In this document: positions 24,407 to 38,143 of the stretch, in pieces | Position numbering within the stretch: position 1 is the first letter of the stretch | Layout of the letters: every line of letters starts with the position of its first letter | DNA from: Chiloscyllium plagiosum | Taxonomy: Eukaryota | Reading direction: 5' to 3' | DNA length: 64,000 nucleotides | Assembly: GCF_004010195.1 (NCBI RefSeq) | Contig: NC_057718.1 | Span: 65,043,548-65,107,547, forward strand | The notes under the pieces: generated by a model | The model's input: the letters and a program-made list of their open reading frames with translations, nothing else | What the model was told of the DNA's origin: nothing | Database searches by the model: none | Made by a program: the position numbers and the translations under genes

Positions 24407-25718
24407 GAGAAAGTGAAGACTGCAGATGCTAGAGATCAGAGTCGAGAGTGTAATGCTGGAAAAGCACAGCAGGTATGGACTTCAGTAAGGCGTTCGACAA
24501 GGTTCCCCATGGTAGACTGATTAGCAAGGTTAGATCTCATGGAATACAGGGAGAACTAGACATTTGGATACAGAACTGGCTCAAAGGTAGAAGACAGAGG
24601 GTGGTGGTGGAGGGTTGTTTTTCAGACTGGAGGCCTGTGACCAGTGGAGTGCCACAAGAATCGGTGATGCGTCCTCTACTTTTTGTCATTTACATAGATG
24701 ATTTGAATGCAAGCATAAGAGGTACAGTTAATAAGTTTGCAGATGACACCAAAATTGGAGGTGTAGTGGACAGCGAAAAGGGTTACCTCAGATTACAACA
24801 GGATCTGGACCAGATGGGCCAATGGGCTGAGAAGTGGCAGATGGAGTTTAATTCCGATAAATGCGAGGTGCTGCATTTTGGGAAAGCAAATCTGAGCAGG
24901 ACTTATACACTTAATGGCAAGGTCCTAGGGAGTGTTGCTGAACAAAGAGACTTTGGAGTGCAGGTTTATAGCTCCTTGAAAGTGGAGTCGCAGGTAGATA
25001 GGATAGTGAAGAAGGCATTTGGTATGCTTTCCTTTATTGGTCAGAGTATGGAGTACAGGAGTTGGGAGGTCATGTTGTGGCTATACAGGACATTGGTTCG
25101 GCCACTGTCGGAATATTGCGTGCAATTCTGGTCTCCTTCCTATCGGAAAGATGTTGTGAAACTTGAAAGGGTTCAGAAAAGATTTACAAGGATGTTGCCA
25201 GGGTTGGAGGATTTGAGCTATGAGGAGGGGCTGAACAGGCTGGGACGGTTTACCCTGGAGCGTCGGAGGCTGAGGGGTGACCTTATAGAGGTTTACAAAA
25301 TTATGAGGGGCACGGATAGGATAAATAGACAAAGTCTTTTCCCTGAGGTTGGGGAGTCCAGAATTAGAGGGCATAAGTTTACGGTGAGAGGGAAAGATAT
25401 AAAAGAGACCAAAGGGGCAACTTTTTCATGCAGAGGGTAGTACGTGTATGGAATGAGCTGCCAGAGGATGTGATGGAGGTTGGTACAATTGCAACATTTA
25501 AGAGGCATTTGGATGGGTATATGAATAGGAAGGGTTTGGAGAGATATGGGCCGGGTGCTGGCAGGTGGGACTAAATTGGGTTGGGATATCTGGTCGGCAT
25601 GGATGGGTTGGACCGAAGGGTCTGTTTCCATGCTGTATATCTCTATGACTCTATGAGCAGGTCAGGCAGTATCAGAGGAGCAGGAGAATCAACGTTTCGG
25701 GCATAAGCCCTTCATCAG
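24407..25718 (-). mobile_element. Solo PLE terminal repeat (24407-24474 plus 25656-25718), split by CR1; hammerhead core at 25687-25718
   Basis: Halves collinear with family 1; minus strand CUGAUGA-A-GGGC-UUAU-GCCC-GAAAC-GUU, stem I 5' strand missing. Confidence 0.85.
24475..25655 (+). mobile_element. Young 5'-truncated CR1 with a 321-aa open RT segment
   Basis: ORF 24475-25440 MDFSKAFDKV...SGVPQ...KFADDTK; TSD AGCAGGT at 24468-24474 and 25656-25662. Confidence 0.95.
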
Positions 25719-26574
25719 CAAAATGCTGCAACTTTGACATCAACAATCATGTACTACCAAGATTCAAGGAAAAACCAAATGAAACACCACACCAAGCAGT
25801 TGTAATCAGTATTCTGTATATTAGAATGTAAGTATAGAGTTTACAGGACCAGGAAAATGAGGGAGAATTACTCTTAGAATAAGACATATAGCTGACTCAT
25901 TGCTGGAATGGTCTAGCTAGGTCAGTCTCAAGAATAGAGTACAGATATTCAAATCCCAGAGACCTCCATGGTGATCAGAATCCATGAGGGATAGTGTTGC
26001 ATGCTTCAATTCATGGAAATTGCTGAGACCACGGATTTAGCAATATCAACACAAATGAATTCAGATTTTCCACAACCTCAATGCTCATATTTACATATTA
26101 AACCCTCCCACCCTGGTTCACAGACACAATAATCCATCCAACTTCACATCCTTTCATAGAAACACTATATCCCATCATAGCATGTGGTGAGGGAGCAAAT
26201 AGACCCCAGATGGTCATAGACAGATTATGTGATAAGAACCTGGGTAACCTTGTATGGAGAAAGTTAACATACAGGTACAACAAGCTGTTAAGAAAGTAAT
26301 AATGTGTTAAATTTGAAACTAATGGATTGAAGTGCAAGGCCCAGAATTTCACTATCAAGGCAGGTGATTCCTTTACTTGCTGGATATGCTTATGCAGGAA
26401 GGCCCCCAATTACCAATTAATATCCTTCAAAAATCTGCAACGAGTTTCCATCTATTTCCCACCCAAATATCACTGCATTCTGGGCAAATGAAATGGTGTG
26501 AAAGATTGCAAAATATAATGTAAAATTTAGTTCTGCCCATAATTATCCATGTTTGAAATTCTGCAATGTTTTAT

Positions 26575-26930
26575 CTTTTTTTTCTCTTTTTTTTTTCTTG
26601 GAGAGAGAAATAATACTACCTGTTTATTTTTTTTTATTTTTTTTTAACTCCTGTTTGTTTTTTTCCCCCACACTACCACCTAAGTGCAGTAGTGCTTATT
26701 TTATCTCCAGCACCCATGGTGTGTGTGTGCAGGTGTGAGACACAGTGAAAGACACAAAATGCACAAATCTTTATTCAATTTCCACCACCAGGAAGATAGG
26801 AAAACACCCGGGTGGCCAGTGACAAACAATGCCCTTCACATCAAAGGGCAGTGCTGTGTGATCAAAACAGTGAAGGGGAGGGTAGGGACTAAATCAAAAT
26901 AGAATTGGAGGGAGAAATGATGCACTCCAC
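26575..26930 (-). mobile_element. L1/Tx1-type LINE 3' end with A-rich tail
   Basis: 15-bp TSD TCTGCAATGTTTTAT at 26560-26574 and 26931-26945; T-rich tract on left; minus strand begins VECIISPSNSILI*. Confidence 0.75.
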
Positions 26931-28769
26931 TCTGCAATGTTTTATATTCGTATATGTCAAATTGTGTGAAACAGTCCCTATCCACAAAACTAACCCTGTG
27001 TCAATGTTATAATTCATCATTAATGATCTGCAGTTATAGTGACCTGCATTCAATTGAAGTCTCACTCAGCTCTGTTTTTCCTACTGATGCAACTGCAATT
27101 GCTTTGAATGTAGTTTAAATTAGATCAAAATGCAGCCAATTGGTCTGCACTTGCTAAATAAGTATGTGACTGCCAGTCAATTGAAACCACTGATCGATCT
27201 GGTTTATCAGTTGAAGCAATTATTGAAACACAATTTCTATTTAAATTAGTTCAACTCTATAACTTTGAGGTCCTATTGGCTGTGTTCCATTCAATAATCA
27301 ATTGCAATAATTAAACTGCTTGATTGTGCTGGTTCTTGGAATATTTTGTCTTTGGGTTGATATAAATTAATTTTACAGGAACATTTATCATTTCACCTCA
27401 ATTTCCATCACATTTTGAGTGCATTTTCCTGACCTTGCTACTTTCTGGAAACTTGGTTCTGATCTGTAGTCTCTAAATATTTTTTAAACAGCCATTTTTT
27501 TCCAAACTATCAATATCCTGACTTGAATAAAAGATGTTGTTCTAGTCATGACCATTCAATCCCATTCTTCATCGCTCAACCAGGTTTTAGGTTAATTAAT
27601 GAAATTGCAACTGATAAAAGTCATTTCCTTCCCACAATATAAATGAAAATGCACTGTGCCAGTACCTATTTGACATTGTATGTTAAGCAAATCCTTTTAT
27701 GTCAGTGGAGCAGCTGTTCAGTTCTAAGTGCTGACCATGCAGAGAGAAACAGATGTTAACTTGTGTAATGTTGCTGGCTTACTGAATCTAAATGAAGTGT
27801 GGTGACCTGAATGGCAGGAAAGCTGAAAATAGACTTCTTAAATAGAAGTACTGAGTCATTGTTAATAAAACAAACCTTTAAACCTGGTCAGGGTCATTGT
27901 TGTTATCGCTGTTACTTTACAAGGCATGCCATGACTAATGCTCAATGGAAAGGGCATATTACTACATACAGCACATGAATATTTGTGTGTGTATTTATAC
28001 ACCCAACATAAATAAGTTATGGTGCAACATTCTGCTGTCTTCGTTTTTCTTTCAGACATAATTTGACAGTGTATGTTCATCATTTTAAAATTTTATTTTT
28101 AAAACATTATCAATCATGATCAGAGGTTCAGATAAGAAGGCAACATTGTGTTGGTATGGGTCAAGCTGAAATTGGTGGAGATACAGTCACTTCTCAGTTC
28201 AGAAGAGGTCCATAAACATGTGCTGCTACATTTTGTACAATGTATATAATTTGAATGGGGGAAGTTTGGGTGTTCGGGATTTGCTGTTTGGGTTCACAAC
28301 CCATTAAAAGCAGCATCTTAAGTGAAGAAAGACCATAAAAAGAGAACTTGAGGTTTTATGGTAACTATAGAAGTCAAGATGTATTGATGAATCTTTATAA
28401 AAAGGTGTGAATGCCAAATGTTGCTTCTGTGCTTGATGCTATAGGAATGATATTGAGGCAGTAGAACGAGTCCAATGCAGAAACCATTCATTATGAGGAA
28501 ACGCAATTACAAATAAAGAATTGAAAAAATTAGCTCTTTTCGTTGAACAAGAAGATATTTTGAGACAAGAAGAGGTGAATGAAACATTTCGTGTAAGAGA
28601 TTTAAGAGAGTGAGCAGAAATACCTTTTACAACTCAAGAGTTCTGAGTTGTGGAAATCTATTATAGAATTAGTGATTATGAAGAAGTAAGTACAGGTCTT
28701 GTAGAAGATTGAAGAGGGAACAAACTGGCATCAGATGCATTGGAATATTACCACTGCAAATTCCTCTTA

Positions 28770-29048
28770 GGGTGACACAGTGACTGCTTCGCAGCCAGGG
28801 ACCTAGGTTTGATTCCACCCTCGGAAAATTGTCTGTGTGGAGTTTGCACATTCTCCACGTGCCTGTATGGGTTTCATAAGGGTGCTCCGTTTTCCTTCCA
28901 CAGTAAACAATGAGCAGGTTAGGTGGATTGGCCACACGACATGCAGGATTACAGGGAAATGGGAGGAGGAGTGGTTCTGAGTGGTTTGCTCTTCAGAGGG
29001 TCGGCATGGATTCAATGGGCTGAATGGCTTGATTCCACGACTCTGAGG
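28770..29048 (+). mobile_element. Older V-SINE
   Basis: Degenerate tRNA head, then TGTGTGGAGTTTGCACATTCTCC...GGGTGCTCCGTTTTCCTTCCACAG. Confidence 0.8.
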
Positions 29049-29052
29049 TATT

Positions 29053-29675
29053 AAGAACATAAGAACTAGGAGCAAGAGTAGGAGATCCTGCCCTTTGAGC
29101 CTGTTCTGTTATTTTAAATTCAACCGTACTGTGATTATTCCTACCAAGAGGATCCTTTACTATGAGGTCATTAATTATTCCTGTTTCATTACGCAGGACC
29201 AGATCTAGGATAGCTTGCTCCCTCGTCATTTCCATTACACACTGTCCAAGAAAGCTATCATAGATTCACTCAACACACTCCTCCTCAAGGCTACCCTGAC
29301 CAAGCTGGTTCGCCCAATTTACATGTAGATTAAAATCCCCATGATAATAGCCGTACCATTTTTACAGGCATTAGTTATTTCTTTGTTTATTGCCATCCCA
29401 CTGTGATGTTATTATTTGGTGGCCTATAGACTACGCCTATCAGTGACTTTTTCTTCTTAGAATTTCTAATTTCCACCCAAATGGATTCAACCTCATTCTC
29501 CATAGAACCTATTATCATCTCTCAGCACTGCCCTGATGTCGTCCTTGAATGCCATAGCTACACCACTCCCAATATTCCTGGCTGTCCTTGCAAATATTCT
29601 GGTACCACTGGATATTTAACTCTCAGTCATGACCATTCTGTAACCATGTCTCCATAATGGCTACCAAATCATACT
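29053..29675 (-). mobile_element. CR1-group pieces: short 3' tail abutting an endonuclease-domain fragment
   Basis: ORF 28993-29235 TREQAILDLVLRNETGIINDLIVKDPLGRNNHSTVEF (APE C-terminus). Confidence 0.8.
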
Positions 29676-30364
29676 GTAGAACTTGGCTAAGGTGGTTTCG
29701 TTTGTCCCCTTTCTCTGGACTGCCTCCTGGTATCCCCACACTCTTGGCCCTTTCTTGGCCTTTGCGATTTAGGATTTTATATCTTGAACCCTGTTTAAAC
29801 TGATCAACTCTGATTTACCCTCTTAAACTCCAATAACTTTCTCACTATTTTGTTTATGGACTGTCAACCTTTTTCAGAAGGTCAGGACCTCTCCAACTAT
29901 GGGTAGGTAAGTGCAAACTTCCTTGTGTACATCTGCTTTTTGAGTCTTCTGGGACTGTTCTGGATTCTCAACACATAGTGCCTCAGGTCTTACCAAGCCA
30001 TTGCCTTGCAATGGAACTAACACCCTTTGCTCCATTTTTATTTGCACTACAACATTTGTTGAAAAACGCATTCTCTCTCTCCCACTCTCTCTTTCATTTT
30101 ACTCTGTTTCTTAAGACCCTCTTTCACTTTCTCTCCTCTGAAACTCTTGAAATAGTTTCCTCATTTCCAGCTTTAAAGCAGTTTTTCAACTTGGTTAATT
30201 ATTTTGGGTACAGGACTCCAATTAGTTTTCAAGTCTGGCTCTTGATGTGGACTAAAATCTAACTGCTGAAAAATATCTTTTGGAGAACCTCCGCTCTCTT
30301 TGCCTCAGCAGGTACTTTCATCCATTTCAATGGTCCCAGGCTTAGAGAAATGAACAACTTCCAA

Positions 30365-31206
30365 GAGCTTGATTAGATGGGCCAATGGGCTGAATGGCAG
30401 ATGGAGTTTAATTTAGATAAATGTGAGGTGCTGCATTTTGGAAAGGCAAATCAAATCAGACTTGTGCACTTAATGATAAGGTCCTGGGGAGTGTTGCTGA
30501 AGAAAGAGACCTTGGAGTGCAGGTTCATAGTTTCTTGCAAGTGGAGTCGCAGGTAGATAGGATAGTGAAAAAGGCATTTAATATGCTTTCCTTTATTGGT
30601 CAGAGCATTGAGTATAGGAGGTGGGAGATCATTTTGCGGCTGTACAGGACATTGGTTAGGCCACTTTTAGAATATTGTGTGCAATTCTGGTCTCCCTACT
30701 ACTGGAAGGATGTTGTAAAAGGGTTCAGAAAAGATTTAGCAGGATGTTGCTAGAGCTAGAGGGTTTGAACTATAGGGAGCGGCTGAATAGGCTGGGGCTG
30801 TTTTCCCCACAATATTAGAAGCTGAGGGGTGACGTTATAGAGATTAATAAAATCATGAGGGTCGTGGATAGAGTATATAGACAAAGTCTTTTCCCTGGGA
30901 TGAAGGAGTTCCGAATTAAAGGCATAGGTTTGGGGTGAGAGGGGAAAAATTTAAAAGGGACCTAAGGGACAACCTTTTCACACAGAGGGTGGTGCGTGTA
31001 TGGAATGAGCTGCCAGAGGAAGTGGTGGAGACTGGTACAATTACAACATTTAAAAGGCATCTGGATTGTATATGAATAGGAGGGGTTTAGAGGGACATGG
31101 GCCAAGTTCTGACAAATGGGACTAGATTAGTTTTGGATATCTGGTCGGCATGGACTGAGTTGGACCGAAGGATCTGTTTCCATGCTGTACATTTCTATAA
31201 CTCTAT
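30365..31206 (+). mobile_element. 5'-truncated CR1
   Basis: [19 protein letters not shown]; tail CTATAACTCTAT. Confidence 0.92.
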
Positions 31207-32459
31207 AAGTTAGTGTTTCTTTTGGGACACCATTTACCATGTTGATCTAATGTTAGATAAACAGAATTTTCTCTGGTCCTATTATTTGTTAAAGATAATT
31301 TCAGCCACTGAATTTTACCTCTTTGCTGGCAATTGATTATTTTTAATAACCGATTCAGGCTCACTTCAACATTTGTATTCTGCTCAGATCTTTGTACATT
31401 TTGGTCACATTTTTGGCTCCTTTCATTCAATCCAACCATTGATATGAGATCTCAATTTCTATCATGGCCAAGAACAAGACAGGAACTGATTATTGTTTTT
31501 GTTCTTCTCTTCTTCCATAATAGGGATAATTTTAAAAGGAATAAGAAAATAAATTTTAAAATTAAGTGGTGGTATGCTTCCCAAACCCTGTTTTGCAAAG
31601 TGCAACTTAAAGGGATCCATAGCAAAAAAAGCAAAATAGGTGTATTATTGCATTCAACACCTAAAGGAGTGGATTATATATAGTACAGGTACACACTTGC
31701 CTGATTGACCATTTAGCCCTGAGCAGACAAACCACTCTGTGCCAGTTTGTGTAGTGTCCTTATATCAGTTATTAAGTTATGTTATTTTCCATGCTGCTTC
31801 CCAATAGAAAACATCTGCCTTTGTTCTCTTCTCTTTTAAAACAAGCTGCCGTTCAAAGTTCAAACTTCAGCTCCCTATTCTGAAAGAATAAAATAAAAAG
31901 CAAAGAAAAATAGTGATGGTCTCTAGCCATTCAAAATCACACTCTCACCCTGGCCACAACTCACCCACATCCAATACGCACTCACATTGACTCACTCACT
32001 CCAACACACTCATCCCTACCCACACGCACCCCATCCATCCACGAACTAGCCACACCCCCTACCTGCAGACATTCATCTACCATTCCCAGAAAAGAAGTGA
32101 AGGTACCAAGAAAAAGAGCTGCCAATGCATTGAGAGGTGAGGAACAAGAAAGCTACTCAATGGTTGGGACACTGTTAAATAAGAAAGAGTAAAGAGGCTT
32201 GAGCATTGAATAGAAAACCAGAGAGAATGTAAGAGAATGAACAAGAACGGAAAGAACACATCTTTAAGGCAGAAGACTGAACACAACTAGTTTCTCCTTC
32301 AGCAGAACTTAAGTTGGAATCAAATTCTGGTGGCACGACAGCAAAATCCAGTTTCATTTTTAAAGAAATGAACAGCAAATTAATAAGAAATAGATTCAGC
32401 TACCAGAAAATGCCAATGATTATCACTTCAGTAATTTTTTTTTGCGTTTCAAGTCATTC

Positions 32460-32760
32460 AGTCATAGAGGTAGACAGCAAGGAAACAGACCTGTTCATGC
32501 CAAACAGATATCCCGACCTAATCTAGTCCTACTTGCCAGAACTTGGCCCATTTCCCTCTAAACCATTCCTATTCATATACCCAACCTGATGACTTTTAAA
32601 TGTTGTAATTGTACTAGCCTCTACCACTTCCTCGGGCAGTTCATTCCATACATGCACCACCCTCTGCGTGAAAAAAGTTGCACCTTAGGTCCCTTTTAAA
32701 TTTTTCCCCTCTCACCCTAAACCTTTGCCTTCTCGTTCTGGAATCCTTCACCCCAGGGGA
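32460..32760 (-). mobile_element. CR1 3' end
   Basis: GTCATAGAG...GGAAACAGACC is the antisense of the CR1 tail. Confidence 0.88.
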
Positions 32761-33899
32761 AAAGTTTAATTGGTTGAAGTTACACGATTTAGCTCATAAA
32801 ATATACTGAAATATGTGTTCCTATCTATCCAAGCATGCAACATGAGAATGAGTATTAGCACGTTTCCTGTTCATCTCAACCTGTGTGCTCATTCCTGTGT
32901 GAGCATTAAGAATTACTAGAGGCAGCAGCACTCAATTACTTTCAAGAATTGATCAATAAAGCGATATTACTACATAACATTGTTTTATTTAGTTGTTTGG
33001 TTTAGCAGTACTGTTTCACTTAACCAGCACATACTTCAGTTTAACTGGAAAACAGTTAAAGAACACAATGAATAAGCTCTTATAGCAGCCTGAACAATGT
33101 GGGCAACGGTGAGATTTGTGGCAGAATAACGTGAGAGGTCCAGTTTGGCCTATCTCTAACATTAGGACTTAATCACTGCACCTTGCATGCATTTGCTGAT
33201 AAATGAGTAGACTTTGTTGCTAGTCCGCAGTGAGTTGTCAATTAAGGGTGATTATAGCTTGTTAAATGCCCTATTAATCATGCATCTCACTTCATTAATA
33301 TTTAGTACCTTATCTTACAAAATACACCAAGCTACCTAGATATTGAGAATTCTTGACACAGAGGTCAGGATAGGAATCTATCGATTTCAGTTGATCACTT
33401 GCTCCAAAGGTTAGATACCAGGTGCCAAAATCTTAGGACATGCATCACAGGCAACCAGCATTCAGGGAATTTGGTATCTGGTATGTGGCAGTCTCTGACA
33501 AACCTCATGGCACATCGCCCATCCACATACAGCACTGATGTGTTTCTGCACATTAGTGCTGTACCTCGGATGCAATAATATCTATCATTATGATGCCACT
33601 GCTCATGGACACACACTCAGCTCATGGATTGAACCAGGCTACAGCTCTGTGATCTTCGCTCAGTGTCATAGTGCACAATTGTGCCAAGCATACCTGGATA
33701 CTCACAGCATTGAGTATCTTATAATCTCTTACATTTCCTTTCAGTCAGAGATACCAGGCTCATAGTACTATTGTATCACCTTGCCAGATACAAAGGAAGG
33801 AAGCTTGTCTTAGTAGTCAGCGCTCCTCAGTCAGGTCAAGGGAGGTCAGAAGATCCCAGCACAGTACATCAAGAGCAGGCACCAATACCAGACACAGAC

Positions 33900-34330
33900 T
33901 GTCAGCCACTTGAGGTGGTCAGAGTCATAATCCTCTCCTTATAAGGAATAAAGAACAAAATGTCAGGTAGCCTACCACTCTTTTGAATCTTTTATGGACT
34001 ATTTTCTTTCTGGAGTGAGATAGGGCAGGTATTACATGAGATGAAAGCAGGTGGCAGAGCTGTTAATTTTATTGCACTTGGGCAAATGCCCTGAGTGTGT
34101 TAGTAGGCAGCGCAGAGGACATGCAGGGTTAGTGGTGTCAGGGGGTGACAGTAAGTGAGGGAAGATGTTGCTGGCATCAGCGACAGTGTTAGATGGTATA
34201 GCATGAATAACTCTTGGAGTAGTCTCCCATGAGAGGCTTGTCAGGCTTGTTATTTATGTGGCAGTTTTTACATCTTTTTGGCTGCCACAGTGACAGTCCT
34301 GCCTCCCCATATGCTGGCAACAGGGCATAT
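33900..34330 (-). mobile_element. Possible Harbinger Myb/SANT accessory-gene remnant
   Basis: Minus strand CTCCAG acceptor, then KIVHK..KSGRLPDILFFIPYKERIM, similar to 49921-50000. Confidence 0.4.
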
Positions 34331-34624
34331 TACCCTTGGGTGTAGTTAACTGAGAAGAATCACAGGGTGACTGTCCATCTGCATGGATCAAGACACCAAG
34401 CTTTACAAAGATTCAACACAAAAAAATAAAGATATCAACCCTCTACAGTCCAGTTGGGATGCATCCTGGTCAAACAACCACCCCACAGTTGTGTCTGTAG
34501 CAGTTCTCTGTGTGAAATTTTGATTCTACATAAATTCCAGCTCTCCTACAAGGTTTGATAAATGTTCCACCACCACTGAGATCAAGGATAGGCATAAGGC
34601 ACTCAACTGACCTACTTGGACCTA

Positions 34625-35964
34625 GAGTCGGGATGGACCAGGTAACCTGGTAGACTGTGAGTCTGACATGGTGGTGGGTAAGTTATTGGAGGTGATTCTG
34701 AAAGATAAGATTTAGATGCATTTGAAGAGACAAGGAATGATTAAGGATAGTCAGCATGGTTTTGCGCATGAGGGAAATCGTGTCTCACAAATCTGATGAG
34801 TGTTTTGAGGAAGTAACCAAAAAGATTGATGAGGACAGAGTGGTAGATATTTTTAATTTGGACTTCAGGAAAGCCTTTGAAAAGGTTCCTCATGATAGAC
34901 TATTTAGTAAAGTTGGATCACATGGAATTCAGGGAGAGCTTGCCACTGGATACAAAATTGGCTTTGCTGTAGAAGACAGAGGATGTTGTTTCTCAAATGG
35001 AAGCAGTGTTCCCACAGGGATCGGTACTGGGTCCACTTTTATTTGTCATTTATCTAAATGATTTGGATGAAAATATTGAAGGCATAGTTAGTACATTTAG
35101 CGAATGACACCAAAATTTGTGGTATAGTGTGGACAATGAAGAAGGTTATCTAAGATTACAAAGAGATCTTGATCAATTGGGTCAATGGGCTGAAGAGTGG
35201 CTGATGGAGTTTAGTTTGGATAAGTATGAGGTACTGTATTTTACTGAAAAAAGGGCATAAATTATACAATTAATGGTAGGGCCCTGGGTAGTGTTGTAGT
35301 AGTGTTGATAGACCTTGTGGTTCAGGTATATAATTCTTTGAAATTTGCATCACAGATAGACAGGGTGGTTAAGAAGGCATTTTGCACACTTTCCTTCATT
35401 GCTTAGACTTTTGAGTACAGGAGTTAGGATGTAACTTTGAGGTTGTACATTGAGGATGTTGGTGAGGCCTCTTCTGGAGTACTGTGTGCAGTTCTGATCG
35501 TCATGTTATAGGAAAGAATTATTATACTGGAAAGGATTCAAAGAAGATTTATCAGGATGTTGCCAGGAATGGAGGACTTTTTTCACTTGAGCATTGGAGG
35601 TTGAGGGGTCACCTTATAAAGGTTTATAACATCATGGAGGGGCATAGATAAAGTGAATGGAAAAGGTCTTTTGCCTAGGGTGGGGGAGTTCAAAACAAGG
35701 GGATATATTTTTAAGGTGAGAGGAGAAAGATTTAAAAAGGACATGAGGGGCAACCTTTTGACACAGAGAATGGTTCATATGTGGAATGAACTGGCCAGGC
35801 GAAGTGGTGAATGCAGGTACAGTTACAACATTTAACAGACATTTAGAAAGACTTGGAGGGATATGGGTGAAATGCAGACAGGTGGGACGAGTGTAGTTTG
35901 AGAACATGGTTGCCATGGACTAGTTGGATCAAAGGGTCTGTTTCCATGCTGTATGACTCTATGA
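34625..35964 (+). mobile_element. Decayed CR1 RT to 3' tail
   Basis: LDFRKAFEKVPHDRL; tail GTATGACTCTATGAC. Confidence 0.9.
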
Positions 35965-38014
35965 CGCGATAATTTATCTCCTATAGAAGATACTGAGGGT
36001 GGCCCATCCTATGGATGAAACACCCGGTGTGGTAACACCAACTTTCTATAATAAGAAGTATAAAGATGCTAACACCTTGGGACCTGAACATTTGTCCAAT
36101 AGGAGTGGAGTATTACCTAAGAGCGAATCACCTGATGCTGTACCCAACAATTTAACCCTCCCCCAAGGTCAACCCTATATGATGAAAAGATGCAAGTCAT
36201 CGGCAGACATCTATAGGTGGTGCCATTTTATTTAGAACACTAGAATAAAGGGTCATAACAAGATCTTGGCACCACTGCAGGAACATATTTCTAAGTACGC
36301 TGGACATCATACTTAGAACCCAGACTGAAAGATAAGGACAGGAAACTCTGGAAACCCAACATTCTCTTCAAGAAAGAGTGATCAGTTTTGGTGGTGGATG
36401 TGAGACTGTGGTATGATGATGACAACAAGACATTAGAGAAAGGCTGAGAGGAGAAAAAGGTGGAAATATCAAACCTTTGGCCAAGAAATAAAATAACTGA
36501 CAGAGAGCTCTGAGCCAGTATGCTTCAGATTTGTAATGCGCGAACGAGCAAAATGGCTCAAGAACGACCAGTTCCTTATGAGGTTCCTGGGCATTCGACG
36601 ATATAAATCCTTCACCCAACAAACATCAAGACTTACCATTTCCCTGACACTCAAACTTCTACAAAAATTCAGCAACAGGTAAGAAGACTGAAGAAGCCGC
36701 CCAGCTGAAACCTGGAGATGACCCACACCAAGCCCAAGCTGCTAATGTTCAGTGTACAGCCCAAGAAAATTTGGTATTGGCACCTGCCCGAGGTATGAAA
36801 ATGGTGGTGAGAAAAGCTTTTCCACTGTTGCCATGATCTGGCACCATCTTGAATTGTTTTAAGAATACAAAATAAAAGGAAGGTATAACTTAAAGAGAGT
36901 CCATCAGTCCTGGCCAGCTCATCATCGACGTTGCCTGTGCTCCCATCACTCCACCACCGCTTCACTGCCATCTACACCAAACGCAACTAACACTGAAGTT
37001 GCCATGATTCAGACATCATCCTTCACGTCTGGGCCAATTCTCCTCTGCCACTGCCTCTCCATCATCTGCACCAGAATCGCCAGTATCAGAGTCGCAACTC
37101 TTGCCACTGGGCCCACCTCACTGATGTCACTGTGATACCCTTCCACCACCACTTCACCATTGCCAGTGCCACACCCAACCAGTGACAAAGTCACTGATGT
37201 CCAGGTGTCATCTTTTGCCACTGGGCCTACGTCACCTTTGCTGATGTAGCAGCCGTCAATTCCAATGCCAGGTCCTGTGCTTGCCCCAGAAAGTTAATGG
37301 CTTACTCACTGCCACCACAAGGTGTGTACTGGACCCACTTGGGTCCCTGCTCAGGCTCCTTGCCATCCACGCTCAAGACAAGAGAAAAGTACAGAGAAAA
37401 GAAAAGCGTTGAAGCAGCCAAGTCCCAGCTCAGAGCCCTACTCTGCCGCCATCTTGGTAGCTATCTTGATTATAAATATTTGTAAAAGTTAATAATTAAA
37501 TTAAATACCTTAAAATACATAAAAGTTAATTAAAATTATGTCATAGTAATGGTTATGGATAGGTAGAAGAGAGCAATTCATGGGTACATAAAATGTGGTG
37601 ATGATTTGTATTTGTAACAAAAAGCTCATTACATGATGTAACTTCCTTTGACAACTAACCAAAATAGACTTGCTTGGCTCCCAGTTTCCCTTGTTTTTAG
37701 GGAGATCTGACTTGGTGAACTGGCCCAGCCCTTCAGTGTATTCCTCAAGACAAGTCCTCTTTCAGATCAGGGGTTGTGATTTTGCTACTTAGAGGTTTCA
37801 AAAACATTGACAAGTAACATTAAGACTTGAATAAGGCACCCTTTGGGTGTACTAAAAAAAAGGGATGGAGTGCGTGTGAGGTATCTGTAACGAGAAGATG
37901 GTAGCAGTTATGCTGGTGGAGTGAAGGAGGTATTGATTTACATAAATCACCATACACTCCTCCAGGTGGCCGAGACTGCACCGATCTCAGACTAGGCTGG
38001 CATGGTCTGGTGGC

Positions 38015-38143
38015 AAAAGTGAGAACTGCAGATGCTGAAAATCAGAGTCTACATTAGAGTGGTGCCGGAAAAGCACAGCCGATCAGGCAGCATCTGAGGA
38101 GCAGGAAAATCGACGTTTCAGGCAAAACCCTTCATCAGGAATG
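38015..38143 (-). mobile_element. Solo PLE terminal repeat (family 1) with intact hammerhead core at 38108-38142
   Basis: Minus strand AUUC-CUGAUGA-A-GGGU-UUU-GCCU-GAAAC-GUC-GAUU. Confidence 0.82.

Noticed and set aside
24475..25440. 321-aa ORF as a host gene or active RT
   Set aside because: It is a 5'-truncated CR1 RT fragment with a TSD and a frameshifted C-terminus
31940..32075. CA-rich degenerate repeat
   Set aside because: Decayed simple repeat with no further structure
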